Assembly (NCBI GenBank): GCA_963677495.2
Contig: CAXXOU010000002.1
Location: 288,001-352,000 of the forward strand
Reading direction: 5' to 3'
Length of the DNA: 64,000 nucleotides
Source: Candidatus Cloacimonadales bacterium
GTDB taxonomy: Bacteria; Cloacimonadota; Cloacimonadia; Cloacimonadales; JAFGVF01
Positions 1 to 10,628 of the stretch are shown here, piece after piece. The position numbers and the translations under genes were made by a program. The notes beneath the pieces were generated by a model. That model was not told the origin of the DNA, made no database searches, and saw only the letters and a program-made list of their open reading frames with translations. The stretch's first letter is position 1. Each line of letters begins with the position of its first letter.

Positions 1-3000
1 GAAGACGGTGCAATTGATGAACTTCAACCACTTATTGATTGGAAAATCCAGGTTGGCTATGAAGTAGTAGTTGCTCCAACTAGTGTAACAGGTACAGGAA
101 CTAATTCAGTTAAATCTTGGATTCAATCAGCTTACGATAACTGGGTTAACCCGGTAGATTTTGTATGTTTAGTAGGAGATACTGATGTTATCTCAGCTTC
201 TACCGGAAACGGTGACCATGAATATGCTCTCCTTGATGGTGGTGATCAGATAGAAGATATTGCTATCGGTCGTTTATCATATGGTAATATTGCAGAATTA
301 CAAGTTCTTGTTAATAAGCAACTTCTCTATGAAAGAGACACATTCTTAGGAGGAGATTGGCTTGATAATATGCTTCTTGTGGGTGACACTTCTCCATCAG
401 GAGTGTCCACAATCTCAACAAATAAGTATATCAAGGAAGTTTCTACAGCTTATAACCCTAACTATCAATACACTGAACTCTATGGTGGATCTCCTAGTCC
501 TGCTAACTTTGACCAAGCTCTAAACAGTGGAGTTGGTTTCTTTAACTACCGTGGTTATTTGGGAACTAGTGGCTGGACAGGTTCAAATGCTAGTGGCTTG
601 TTAAACGGCCCTAAGCTTCCTGTTGTAGTAATTATTACTTGCGGAACAGGTTCATTTGCCGGAGGGACAAGTCTTACAGAAGATATAATTAGAGCAGGTA
701 CAGTACAAACTCCTAGAGGTGGGGTTGCAGCTATAGGAGCCGCAACTATCAGTACACATACTGCTTTTAACAACTGTGTTGCAGGTGGTATCTTTGAGGG
801 TTTGTTTGTCGAAGATTTTAGAACATTAGGACAGGGGCTTGTACGTGGTAAAGCTAACCTTGTCTTTAACTATGGGAGCTCAAACCCTGGAAACGCCCAG
901 TTCTTCTCAGATATTATTAACCTAATGGGTGACCCATCTCTACAAGTTTGGAAAGGTCAACCACAACAGATTCAGGTTATTACACCTACTTCAATACCTC
1001 CACATACAGAACAGTTTGCTGTAAATGTGCTTGGTGCAGATAATGCACCTTTGGAAGATGCATGGGTTACTGCAACCATGGGTGATTTCCAATATACAAC
1101 TTATACAAATATTAACGGTGATGCATTTATTGAACTTGAAGATAATACAAGCGGAACAATCTTAGTAACAGTAACTAGACCGGATGCTGTTCCGGAACAA
1201 AACAGTGTATCATATGGTGGAACTGCTGATGGTATTACAGTAAATGATGTTAGTATTGATGCCGGGGCTACAGCTCTAAATGCAGGGAGCACTCAGCAAG
1301 TTATGTTTGAGTTAACCAATATCGGTTCTTCTGATTTGAACAATGTTGTTTTTGATGTAAGTGGAGAGAATATTACTAACACTTCTGGTCAATACTTAAA
1401 TATTGCACCATTCCAAAGTGGCTTTATGAGCACACCTACGTTCGATATTGAAGTAGCAAATATTAGCTTCCCTACCGAAGAGATAGAACTATTTCTAGAG
1501 GTAAACTCTGATGAAGGCAGTTGGACATATAGCATAGTCTTAGCTGTAGATTCACCAATTAATGCTGTTACAAACTTCACAGTTGATTCTAACAGCCTTA
1601 ACTATATGTTCTTAGGTGCAACAGAAGATGTGACAGTGACTTTATCCAATACTGGTGAAGTAGACCTTGAAAACTTCGATATCAACGCAGTCTGTGAAGA
1701 CGGCAGAATTATTGTTAACACTGCTTCTCAGAATATCCCGATGCTTGCAGCAAATGGCACAGTGGGTGTTCCATTAAACCTTACAGTTGAGATGAATATA
1801 GTTTCTGGTTCATTATTACCTATGTACTTTGATATTACAACAGCTGATGGTTATGTTGAACAGGTTCCATTCACAGTTCAAGTTGGACAGGCTACAGCAG
1901 AAGATCCATTAGGTCCTGATGCTCATGGTTATTACATTTATGATGAAGAAGACTATCTCTACAATCTTGCACCATACTATGACTGGCAAGAAATCAATAC
2001 ATTAGGCACAGCACTTCCTTTGAATGATGATGGTCCTAATGCCGATTGTGTTACAACAGTTGACTTACCATTTAACTTCACATTCTATGGTGAAGATTAT
2101 AGCAGAATCTCTGTATGTTCAAATGGTTGGATTGCCATGGGTGAATCAGAACAGGTTACATTCCGTAATTGGAGAATCCCCGGTCCGAATGGTCCTCATG
2201 CAATGATTGCAGGATTCTGGGATGATCTACGTGGTGGCGACATCTATACATACTTTGATTCAAACGACCAAACATTTATTATAGAATGGGATGGTTGCAC
2301 TAATGAATATGGTGGAGCTGAAGAAACCTTCCAGATCATTCTTTATAACCCAACAACCTACCCATCCGAGACAGGTGATGGTTCAATTAAGATTCAATAT
2401 AAAGAGTTCAATAATGTGAATAGTCAAGCAGGTTCTTCACATGGTAACTACTGTTCAATTGGAATCATGGATCATACTGGATTGGTTGGTTTAGAATACA
2501 CATATAATGATGAGTGGCCAACTCAGGCAATGCCATTATATGACCAAACAGCTTTATATATTACTACTCAGAATCCACTGTTACAAGATCCACCAATTGT
2601 GGGTGTTAGTATTACAAATTTAGATTATCAAGCAAGTGTAAGTCAGATTATAACTGACCAATTCAACATAACTAATACAGGTGAAGCTGATCTTAGATAT
2701 AGAATCTCTAAAACTTATTTATCTAGAAACCCAGAGGATTACTACAGTTGGGGAACAAGTGAAGATATAGGTGGACCTACTTATAACTGGGTAGATATCT
2801 CTTTCACAGGATTTAATATTAATTTGACTACTGATGACCAGTATTCAGCGATATTACCTTTAGGCTTTAGCTTCCCTTATTGGGATAACAGCTATAACAC
2901 TGTGAAAGTCTGTGGAAATGGCTTCTTGAGCTTCACTTCAAGCAATGCGGCTTATGAAAATACAGAGCTCCCAGATACTGCACCACCAAACAATATAATA

Positions 3001-4356
3001 GCTCCATTTTGGGATGATCTTAGCCCCCAAAACGGTGGAACAATCTATTACTATCCAGACAGCTCAAATAATAGATTTATTGTTACATATTCAGAGATCC
3101 CTGTTTATGGAAGTGGTGCTCCATTAACCTTCCAGGTTATTCTTTATGAAAATGGTAGAATTGATTTCCAATATCAGAACATGGCAATTGGATCTGAAAC
3201 TGCTACTGTAGGTATAGAGAACTTTGATGGTTCTGAAGGTATTCAGATTGCTTATAACGAACCATTCATTCAAAATGATATGATAGTATCTTTTAACCCT
3301 AACTTCAACTGGATTAGCTGTGATCCTGTAATAGGAACAGTTGCACAGAACATGAGTGAAACAGTTAATATTACTGTTGATACTGCTGATATGCTGTTTG
3401 GTGACTATGCTTGTAATATTGAAATTGTAAGTAATGATCCAACTCAACCGCTTATCGTAATTCCTGTAACATTGGAAGTTCAAAGCGATCTTCCTCCGTT
3501 ACCACCTGAGTTGCAGGTCCCAATTAGTGATATTAGCTTTGATGAAGATACTTTCTATGGTGGTTTGGACTTGAATGATCACTTCTATGACCCTAACCTT
3601 GACCCACTTGAATTTACATATTCAGGTAACGAGCACATTAATGTAATCATTGCTGATGGTGAAGTCGGATTTATGCCGGAAGGAAACTGGTATGGTTCTG
3701 AAGAGATCATCTTCTTTGCTGATGATGGTCAGACAAGAACAGTCGTTACTGATACTATAATGGTTACTGTTAATTCAGTGAATGACGCACCAATACCAAT
3801 GACTGTTTTACCTGAAGTTGATGATATGATTGTCGGGTACAATGATGATATTCACTTCGTGTTTGAGTGTCACGATCCTGATAGTGATGTTGAATATACA
3901 TGGGAAGTTAATAATGTTGTTATAGCCCAAGGCATTGATGAATCAACATTTGATTTCAATACCGGAATGGGTCAGGTATACAGAATCGAAGTTACAGCAG
4001 CTGATGAAATAAGCTATGTAACAAGAGATTGGATTGTAGAAACCGATGCAACAGGTACACATGAGATGGTTGCTGTTGCGAAGAGTGAGCTCTTCCAGAA
4101 CATTCCAAATCCATTTAATCCTACAACCAAGATTAAATTTGCTCTTAAAGACAACGGTGTTGTAAGAGTGGTTATCTACGATACAAGAGGTAGAAAGGTA
4201 AAGACTATATGTAATGGTATGCATACACATGGTATTCATACATATGTATGGGATGGAACAGACGATAATAATCGCAAGTTAGCATCCGGTATTTACTTCT
4301 ACAGAGTCGAATCTAAACAATATACAAAAACTAAAAAAGCTGTAATGCTGAAATAG
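1..4356 (+). CDS. C25 (gingipain-like) family protein with Ig-like domains and C-terminal FlgD/T9SS-like sorting domain; 5'-truncated by window edge
   Basis: Frame is open from base 1 (EDGAIDELQPLIDWK...FVCLVGD). C25-type motifs GRL, NYRGY, TCGTG, NLMGDP. C-terminus QNIPNPFNP...WDGTD...SGIYFY. Confidence 0.85.
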   Translation, partial: EDGAIDELQPLIDWKIQVGYEVVVAPTSVTGTGTNSVKSWIQSAYDNWVNPVDFVCLVGDTDVISASTGNGDHEYALLDGGDQIEDIAIGRLSYGNIAELQVLVNKQLLYERDTFLGGDWLDNMLLVGDTSPSGVSTISTNKYIKEVSTAYNPNYQYTELYGGSPSPANFDQALNSGVGFFNYRGYLGTSGWTGSNASGLLNGPKLPVVVIITCGTGSFAGGTSLTEDIIRAGTVQTPRGGVAAIGAATISTHTAFNNCVAGGIFEGLFVEDFRTLGQGLVRGKANLVFNYGSSNPGNAQFFSDIINLMGDPSLQVWKGQPQQIQVITPTSIPPHTEQFAVNVLGADNAPLEDAWVTATMGDFQYTTYTNINGDAFIELEDNTSGTILVTVTRPDAVPEQNSVSYGGTADGITVNDVSIDAGATALNAGSTQQVMFELTNIGSSDLNNVVFDVSGENITNTSGQYLNIAPFQSGFMSTPTFDIEVANISFPTEEIELFLEVNSDEGSWTYSIVLAVDSPINAVTNFTVDSNSLNYMFLGATEDVTVTLSNTGEVDLENFDINAVCEDGRIIVNTASQNIPMLAANGTVGVPLNLTVEMNIVSGSLLPMYFDITTADGYVEQVPFTVQVGQATAEDPLGPDAHGYYIYDEEDYLYNLAPYYDWQEINTLGTALPLNDDGPNADCVTTVDLPFNFTFYGEDYSRISVCSNGWIAMGESEQVTFRNWRIPGPNGPHAMIAGFWDDLRGGDIYTYFDSNDQTFIIEWDGCTNEYGGAEETFQIILYNPTTYPSETGDGSIKIQYKEFNNVNSQAGSSHGNYCSIGIMDHTGLVGLEYTYNDEWPTQAMPLYDQTALYITTQNPLLQDPPIVGVSITNLDYQASVSQIITDQFNITNTGEADLRYRISKTYLSRNPEDYYSWGTSEDIGGPTYNWVDISFTGFNINLTTDDQYSAILPLGFSFPYWDNSYNTVKVCGNGFLSFTSSNAAYENTELPDTAPPNNIIAPFWDDLSPQNGGTIYYYPDSSNNRFIVTYSEIPVYGSGAPLTFQVILYENGRIDFQYQNMAIGSETATVGIENFDGSEGIQIAYNEPFIQNDMIVSFNPNFNWISCDPVIGTVAQNMSETVNITVDTADMLFGDYACNIEIVSNDPTQPLIVIPVTLEVQSDLPPLPPELQVPISDISFDEDTFYGGLDLNDHFYDPNLDPLEFTYSGNEHINVIIADGEVGFMPEGNWYGSEEIIFFADDGQTRTVVTDTIMVTVNSVNDAPIPMTVLPEVDDMIVGYNDDIHFVFECHDPDSDVEYTWEVNNVVIAQGIDESTFDFNTGMGQVYRIEVTAADEISYVTRDWIVETDATGTHEMVAVAKSELFQNIPNPFNPTTKIKFALKDNGVVRVVIYDTRGRKVKTICNGMHTHGIHTYVWDGTDDNNRKLASGIYFYRVESKQYTKTKKAVMLK

Positions 4357-4379
4357 TTTTCTTTAAACAATTAACAGAC

Positions 4380-4416
4380 AAACAAACCCGACCCCTGAAG
4401 AAGGTCGGGTTTGTTT
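4380..4416. terminator. Intrinsic terminator hairpin, probably bidirectional
   Basis: AAACAAACCCGACC / GGTCGGGTTTGTTT perfect 14-bp inverted repeat just after the stop codon. Confidence 0.8.
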
Positions 4417-4438
4417 AATTTATACTCGATTCAAACAC

Positions 4439-5080
4439 GTAGGACATTCTGCCACACCTTTGGAATGGTCTTTAGACCTTGCAAATGGTGCCCCCGTAGG
4501 ACATGCTGCCAGCTTGTCCGCTTAGCGAAGCTAAGCAAACAAACTTGCATTGTAGCGATAGCATGCATGGGGCGGGAATGGTGAAATCGAAGCCAGTTAT
4601 CCTGATGTCAATTCTTCCTCGCCCCACACTTCGTTGCGGTGCAGGTGCAGGTCAGAATGCGTAGCTGTCACCACAGTGACCGAATGTGAGTGGATGAATG
4701 GCGGAACGTACAAATGACATAAGATAATATTGCCATTTATCACTTGGCGTCGTGTTCGTACCTCACATTGACGCGAGCTAAGTTCATCTCTATGAGTCCC
4801 TTTTATTTCAGATTTAGCAAAGAAGTCCGTTTTCGCTCGTAAACTTCACTCTGACAAACTCCTTTGCTAAACCTGAAACTCGCAGTGACTCCAATGATGA
4901 ATGTAACTACCTTTTCAATGACTAGAGATCTTGAAAATGGTACTCTTGTACTTTGATGGTGATTACTCCGGGTTGCACCATTCTCAAGGTCTGCGACCAT
5001 TAAGAAGGTACAAATTACATGCTCCCTAGTTTCACTTTGAAGAACTCCTTTAAGGGTTACGTGACAGGATGCACCTACAT
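4439..5080. repeat. Intergenic mosaic of palindromic REP-like repeats
   Basis: ACCTTTGGAATGGTC..AGACCTTGCAAATGGTGC family at 4456-4491 and 4908-4943, inverted at 4975-5010. GTAGGACA.. units at 4439 and 4496. Long G.T-rich hairpin 4544-4644 sharing CACACTTCGTTGCG with the RAYT array. Confidence 0.7.
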
Positions 5081-5229
5081 AGTTGGTGCACTCCATAATT
5101 CTGAACATTAATCAATTAATGATATTAGCTTGACAAGATAGCCCTAAAAATAATTTTGGAATAAGGAAAGTAAACGATTGCTGGCTGAGGTTTAAAGTCA
5201 GCATGTTTTTATATATAATAAATGCTATA

Positions 5230-5254
5230 TAAACCACTGTTCGACAGTGGTTTA
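5230..5254 (+). promoter_or_regulatory. Leader hairpin upstream of rimP-nusA-infB operon
   Basis: TAAACCACTGT-TCG-ACAGTGGTTTA inverted repeat ~22 nt before the rimP start; TTGACA at 5130. Confidence 0.5.
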
Positions 5255-5276
5255 AACTTTATAAAGAGAAAGCTGT

Positions 5277-5750
5277 ATGAGAAGAGAATATTTAAATAAG
5301 ATTGAAGAATTTGCAATGCATGCCTGCAGTGAACATGGCGTGTCACTTTATGATGTCGAGGAAAAAGAGACATCAAAAGGTTTAGTGATTCTCATATATA
5401 TTAATAAAATGGGTGGAGTTTCAGTAGATGATTGTACTGCAGTAAGTAGAGATGTGGACAATATGATTGAAGCTGAAAATCTTTTGGAAGAAGCATATAT
5501 GCTGGAAGTTTCTTCACCCGGGATTGAAAGAGAATTGAAATTTAAGAAGCACTATGCAAGTGCGATAAATGAAAAAATTAAAGTTGAGTTTGACGTTGAT
5601 GATAAACGTGAAATCATTATCGGAATATTAGAAGAGGTATCTCCTGCAGTTATAAAAGTGAAGGGAGATAACGGACAACAAATAATAGCTTTTGAGTCGA
5701 TTCATAAGGCTCGTACTTATTTTGATTTTAAAAAAGGGAGTGGGAAATGA
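5277..5750 (+). CDS. rimP: Ribosome maturation factor RimP
   Basis: GVSVDDC and YMLEVSSPGIEREL motifs; first gene of the nusA-infB operon. Confidence 0.95.
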   Translation: MRREYLNKIEEFAMHACSEHGVSLYDVEEKETSKGLVILIYINKMGGVSVDDCTAVSRDVDNMIEAENLLEEAYMLEVSSPGIERELKFKKHYASAINEKIKVEFDVDDKREIIIGILEEVSPAVIKVKGDNGQQIIAFESIHKARTYFDFKKGSGK

Positions 5751-6982
5751 GTTCCAATATCGCTTCAATACTTTCTAATTTAGCTAATATAAAGCAGTTA
5801 GATGCAAGAGCACTTCAAACAATAATCGCTGAGAGCATTGAGAGTGCTTTGTCTAAGAAGATGGTCCAGGAAAATGAACTAGAAGTAATTGCAGATTTTG
5901 AAAATAATGATTTCTTTGTGCGTCTTAAAAAAATTGTAGTTCTTACTGATAGAAATCTCGGAGAACTTTCTTTAGCAAATGCTAGAGAGATGTATGGTGA
6001 CCATGTAGAATTAGGTGACTGTTATGAGACAGTTATCCCTATCGGTGATTTGGAACCAAAGATAATCAAGATTGCCAGAAAAGCAATCCTTGAGCGTATT
6101 AAAGACTTGGAAGAAGATAGAATACGTTATGACTTTGAGAAGCAAAAGAATACAATTGTTTCAGGTGTTGTAAGACGTATTGACTATAACGGTATCGTTG
6201 TAAATATTGGATATACTGATGCACTTCTTGCTAATGATCAACAGATTGAGGATGAGTATTTCAAAGTTGGTGATGTTATCAGAGCTTACGTTGTGAGTAT
6301 TGCTCAAAAAAGAAGTGGAATTCAGGTTGTACTTTCAAGAACTAATCCTGAGTTTGTACATAAGCTTTTTGAGCTTGAAGTACCTGAGATCTATAAAGGT
6401 GATGTTGAGATCATTAAAATAGTAAGAGAACCTGGAATCAGATCTAAGATTGTTGTTGTATCTCATAAATCGAAGATTGACCCTTATGGAGCCTGCTTAG
6501 GTGAAAAAGGTAATAGAATAGACCAGGTTAGAAAAGAGCTTCATGGTGAACAGATAGATATTATTGTTCACGATGAAAATCCTGAAGAGATGATTGCAAA
6601 TGCTGTTGGTAATGATCTTGTCGAAAGAATTATCGTAGCTGAGCGTGGCAAGTTTGCAAGCGTTATCGTTACAGAACGAAACAAGAATCTTGCTATAGGT
6701 AAAAGTGGTAAGAATGTCAAGCTAGCAGCTAAACTTACAGGTTTTAAACTTGATATCTTCACTTTCGAAGAGTATGAAGGAAAACTTTCAGCTGAAAGAC
6801 GTATTACTAGCTACGTTACTGAACTTGATGGTGTTACTGATAAGATTGGAACTATCCTTCGTGAGCATGGTTACACTGCTGTACAGGATATTTATAATGC
6901 ATCAGTTGATGAACTTTGCAGACTGGAAGGAATTGGAGAGAAAACAGCTGAGAAGTTGATTGAAGCTGCTCAGTCATTCTAA
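5747..6982 (+). CDS. nusA: Transcription termination factor NusA
   Basis: S1/KH motifs LSRT, REPGIRSKI, AIGKSGKNVKLAAKLTG; C-terminal HhH (LEGIGEKTA). Confidence 0.97.
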   Translation: MSSNIASILSNLANIKQLDARALQTIIAESIESALSKKMVQENELEVIADFENNDFFVRLKKIVVLTDRNLGELSLANAREMYGDHVELGDCYETVIPIGDLEPKIIKIARKAILERIKDLEEDRIRYDFEKQKNTIVSGVVRRIDYNGIVVNIGYTDALLANDQQIEDEYFKVGDVIRAYVVSIAQKRSGIQVVLSRTNPEFVHKLFELEVPEIYKGDVEIIKIVREPGIRSKIVVVSHKSKIDPYGACLGEKGNRIDQVRKELHGEQIDIIVHDENPEEMIANAVGNDLVERIIVAERGKFASVIVTERNKNLAIGKSGKNVKLAAKLTGFKLDIFTFEEYEGKLSAERRITSYVTELDGVTDKIGTILREHGYTAVQDIYNASVDELCRLEGIGEKTAEKLIEAAQSF

Positions 6983-7230
6983 TGCCAAATAAGTCTTCCC
7001 ATGCAGGTCATATTGCCGAACGCAGCTGTGTTATCTGCAGAAAGAAAAGTGATAAGAGTGAATTACTGAGGTTTGCCTCAGTAGATGGAATTCAGGTCTT
7101 TGATCTGAAGAATAGAATACAAGGACGTGGGTTTTATATCTGCAATGATAGTGATTGCCTGCAACGTCTTGATAGATGGATAAAAAAGAAGAGACCATGG
7201 TTAATAAAGAAGCGACTCAGAACAAGATAA
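6982..7230 (+). CDS. ylxR: YlxR/DUF448 RNA-binding protein
   Basis: RSCVICR...ELLRF...GRGFYIC; canonical position after nusA. Confidence 0.9.
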   Translation: MPNKSSHAGHIAERSCVICRKKSDKSELLRFASVDGIQVFDLKNRIQGRGFYICNDSDCLQRLDRWIKKKRPWLIKKRLRTR

Positions 7231-7523
7231 AGAGCTTGTTGCAATTTGCCAGGAAAGCCGGAGTAGTCCAGATAGGCTTTGATGCATCAGTGAGATGCTG
7301 TTTGAAAGGCAAGTGTGAGTTGATAATGTATGCCGAAGATTTAGCTGAGAATAGCTGTAAAAGACTATTAAGAGTCATTGATGAAACCGGTGTGCCAGCT
7401 TTTGAAGTTTTAACCAAGAAAGATATGAGTGAATTGTTTGACCGCCAGGAGATTGGTATAATTAGTGTCAATGATGTGAACTTTGCTAATGGATTGAAGA
7501 AGCATCTGAAGTCCATTGTATAA
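7197..7523 (+). CDS. L7Ae/YlxQ-family RNA-binding protein
   Basis: LLQFARKAG..G motif; lies between ylxR and infB; start taken at the second ATG (7176 possible). Confidence 0.85.
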   Translation: MVNKEATQNKIKSLLQFARKAGVVQIGFDASVRCCLKGKCELIMYAEDLAENSCKRLLRVIDETGVPAFEVLTKKDMSELFDRQEIGIISVNDVNFANGLKKHLKSIV

Positions 7524-7544
7524 AATTTAATATTGGAGGATGTT

Positions 7545-10500
7545 GTGCCATCCAGAGTACATGAACTTGCAAAAGAACTAAAGATTTCAACAACTGCTCT
7601 TAAGAAGCATTTGGCTGATGTTGGGGTGAAAGTTAAAAGCCACATGAGTGTTGTTGAAGATGATGTTGCCGTTAAAATTAGAAAGATGTTTGATGATCAG
7701 GTTAAAGCAGTAAAAATGATGGAAACTGATCGAAGAAGATTGCACACTCCTCGTCCGAAAAGTACTGAATCTCCTAAAGTTGAAGCTAAGGTTGAAAAGG
7801 AAGCTCCAAGACAGGAGAAACCTGCTGTTTCTAAACAGGAAGAGCCTAAGAAACAGGAAGCAAAACCCCAGCCAAAGAAACAGGAACCCCCAAAACAGGA
7901 CAAACCGGCTTATCTTCAAAACTTCGGTGCTCAGAGTAGAAACACTGAACAAAGAGGTGGAAGAGACGACCAGCGTCGTGAAAGACAGCCACGTGATAAT
8001 CGTGGTGGTTATCAAGGTCGGGATGGACAGAATCGTGATAATAGAGGTTACCAACCAAGAGATAACCGTGGTGGTTATCAAGGCCGTGACGGACAGAATC
8101 GCGATAATAGAGGTTACCAACCAAGAGATAATCGTGGTGGGTACCAAGGTCGTGACGGTCAGAATCGTGATAATAGAGGTTACCAACCAAGAGATAATCG
8201 TGGTGGTTATCAGGGTCGGGATGGACAGAACCGCGATAATAGAGGTTACCAACCAAGAGATAACCGAGGAGGTTATCAGGGTCGTGATGGACAGAATCGC
8301 GATAATAGAGGTTACCAACAGAGAGATAATCGTGGTGGTTATCAGGGTCGTGATGGACAGAATCGTGATAATAGAGGTTACCAACCAAGAGATAACCGAG
8401 GTGGCTATCAGGGCCGTGATGGACAAAATCGTGATAATAGAGGTTACCAACCAAGAGATAACCGAGGTGGCTATCAGGGCCGTGATGGACAAAATCGTGA
8501 TAATAGAGGTTACCAACCAAGAGATAATCGTGGTGGTTACCAGGGACGTAGTGATAGACCTCAAGGACAACGTCCACCACGTGACAACAGACCAGGAGCT
8601 CCTCGTACCAATAAAACGGATCAAGATGTTAAGAAACTTGTAACAACTCCGATTATCAATAAGAGATTTGATAAGAAAAAGAAAGCTGATGATTATGGAG
8701 ATCAGAGCCGTCACATCAAAGCTAAGCAGAAGTCAATGAAGAAGAAAGGCGCAAAGTATAGCGTTGTTGATGTTGATGAAGCAGCAAGAACTATTAAATC
8801 TACACTTTCTAAAAAGAAAAAGAAAAAATATGAGAAGAGAACTCAGTCTACTGATCATTTAAAAGATAGAGATATTACAGTTAGCGAATTCACATCTGTG
8901 AATGAACTTGCGAAGCTCATGGATATTAATCCATCTGATATTATAGCAAAATTCTTCCTTATGGGTAAGATGGTTACAATTAACCAGAGACTTGATAAGG
9001 AATCATTAGAGCTTATCTGTGACGAGTTTGAAGTTACATTCACATTCGCAGATGAGTTTGGTACAGAAATCCTTTCAACAGATGAAGAGGAATTCGAGAA
9101 TGCAGAAGATGTATCAAGACCACCGATTGTTACAATTATGGGTCACGTTGATCATGGTAAAACATCGATTCTTGACTACATAAGAAGTACTAAAGTTGTA
9201 GCCGGAGAATCAGGTGGAATCACTCAGCATATTGGTGCATACCAGATTGAACATGAAGGTTCTAAGATTACATTCTTGGATACACCTGGTCATGCTGCTT
9301 TCACAGCTATGAGAGCTCGTGGTGCTCAGTTAACAGATATCGCTGTTATTGTTGTTGCGGCTAATGATGGTGTGATGCCTCAAACTAAAGAAGCTATTGA
9401 CCATGCTAAAGCTGCCGGTGTTGATATGATTATTGCAATCAATAAGGTTGACCTTCCTGAAGCCAATGTAGATAGAACTATATCCGGATTACTTGAGAAT
9501 GGTGTATATCTTGAAAACTATGGTGGTGAAGTACCATGGTGTGAGTGTTCAGCTAAAACCGGTGAAGGTATTGATGATCTTCTAGAGCTTATGACTCTTA
9601 GTGCAGAGATGCAGGAATTAACTGCTAAAGAAGAAGTACCTGCTGTTGGTGCTGTTATTGAAGCAAGAATGGATAGCCGAATGGGTACTGTGGTTACTAT
9701 AATTAACCAGAACGGTATCCTCAGAAAAGGTGACTCTATCGTTTGTGGTGCTACACATGGTAGACTAAAGAAGATGGAGAACGAACGTGGTGTTGAAATC
9801 ATGGAGTTATTCCCATCTGATGTTGCTAGAGTTTACGGTATAAATGATGTACCTAAAGCCGGTGACGTATATAACTATGCTGAGAATGATAAACTTGCAC
9901 GTTCAATCAGTAGTGAACGTCTTCAAAGACGTCTTGAGCGTGAGAAATATAACTCTACAGCTAATCTTGATAACCTGTTCCAAAAGATTAAACAGAATGA
10001 GATTCAAGGTCTTAATCTTATCGTAAAAGCAGATACTGACGGATCAGTAGAAGCTATTTGTGACTCATTTATGAAACTATCTAATGAAGAGGTTAAAGTA
10101 AACATCGTACGTAAAGGTGTTGGTGGTATCACAGAAGCTGACGTAACACTTGCTTCTGCTTCAAGTGCAATTATCATAGGGTTCCACGTTAGATCAAATC
10201 CTCAAGCTCGTAAGCTGGCTGAAGATGAGAAGATTGAGATTAAAATCTATCACATCATCTATGATGCTATAAATGACATAAAACTTGCGATGGAAGGTAT
10301 GCTTAAACCTGAATTTGCAGAGAAAGTTACCGGTACAGCTAGAGTAAAACAGCTCTTCAAAGTTAAGAAGATTGGTACAATTGCCGGTTGTTATGTTGAG
10401 AGTGGAAGAATCGTTAAAGAAGCCCATGCTATCAGACTTTATAGAGATGATAAGCTTATTCATCAGGGTGGACTTGCATCACTTAAGCATTTTGCTAATG

Positions 10501-10628
10501 ATGTTAAAGAGGTCAAGGCCGGTACTGATTGTGGTATAGCATTCGAAAACTTTAACGATATCAAAGAAGGCGATATCCTAGAAACATTCGTTCTTGTATC
10601 AGTTGAAAGGAAGTTAGAAGATGTCTAA
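7545..10628 (+). CDS. infB: Translation initiation factor IF-2
   Basis: RVHELAKEL N-terminus, GHVDHGKTS, DTPGH, NKVD; GTG start at 7545 after GGAGG. Confidence 0.98.
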   Translation: MPSRVHELAKELKISTTALKKHLADVGVKVKSHMSVVEDDVAVKIRKMFDDQVKAVKMMETDRRRLHTPRPKSTESPKVEAKVEKEAPRQEKPAVSKQEEPKKQEAKPQPKKQEPPKQDKPAYLQNFGAQSRNTEQRGGRDDQRRERQPRDNRGGYQGRDGQNRDNRGYQPRDNRGGYQGRDGQNRDNRGYQPRDNRGGYQGRDGQNRDNRGYQPRDNRGGYQGRDGQNRDNRGYQPRDNRGGYQGRDGQNRDNRGYQQRDNRGGYQGRDGQNRDNRGYQPRDNRGGYQGRDGQNRDNRGYQPRDNRGGYQGRDGQNRDNRGYQPRDNRGGYQGRSDRPQGQRPPRDNRPGAPRTNKTDQDVKKLVTTPIINKRFDKKKKADDYGDQSRHIKAKQKSMKKKGAKYSVVDVDEAARTIKSTLSKKKKKKYEKRTQSTDHLKDRDITVSEFTSVNELAKLMDINPSDIIAKFFLMGKMVTINQRLDKESLELICDEFEVTFTFADEFGTEILSTDEEEFENAEDVSRPPIVTIMGHVDHGKTSILDYIRSTKVVAGESGGITQHIGAYQIEHEGSKITFLDTPGHAAFTAMRARGAQLTDIAVIVVAANDGVMPQTKEAIDHAKAAGVDMIIAINKVDLPEANVDRTISGLLENGVYLENYGGEVPWCECSAKTGEGIDDLLELMTLSAEMQELTAKEEVPAVGAVIEARMDSRMGTVVTIINQNGILRKGDSIVCGATHGRLKKMENERGVEIMELFPSDVARVYGINDVPKAGDVYNYAENDKLARSISSERLQRRLEREKYNSTANLDNLFQKIKQNEIQGLNLIVKADTDGSVEAICDSFMKLSNEEVKVNIVRKGVGGITEADVTLASASSAIIIGFHVRSNPQARKLAEDEKIEIKIYHIIYDAINDIKLAMEGMLKPEFAEKVTGTARVKQLFKVKKIGTIAGCYVESGRIVKEAHAIRLYRDDKLIHQGGLASLKHFANDVKEVKAGTDCGIAFENFNDIKEGDILETFVLVSVERKLEDV
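7992..8549 (+). repeat. Coding tandem repeat in infB: 8 x 66 bp plus a partial unit
   Basis: RDNRGGYQGRDGQNRDNRGYQP repeated 8 times with mostly synonymous variation. Confidence 0.95.

Noticed and set aside
7587..8714. Long alternative-frame and antisense ORFs (375, 287, 244 aa) over infB
   Set aside because: By-products of the stop-free 66-bp tandem repeat within infB.
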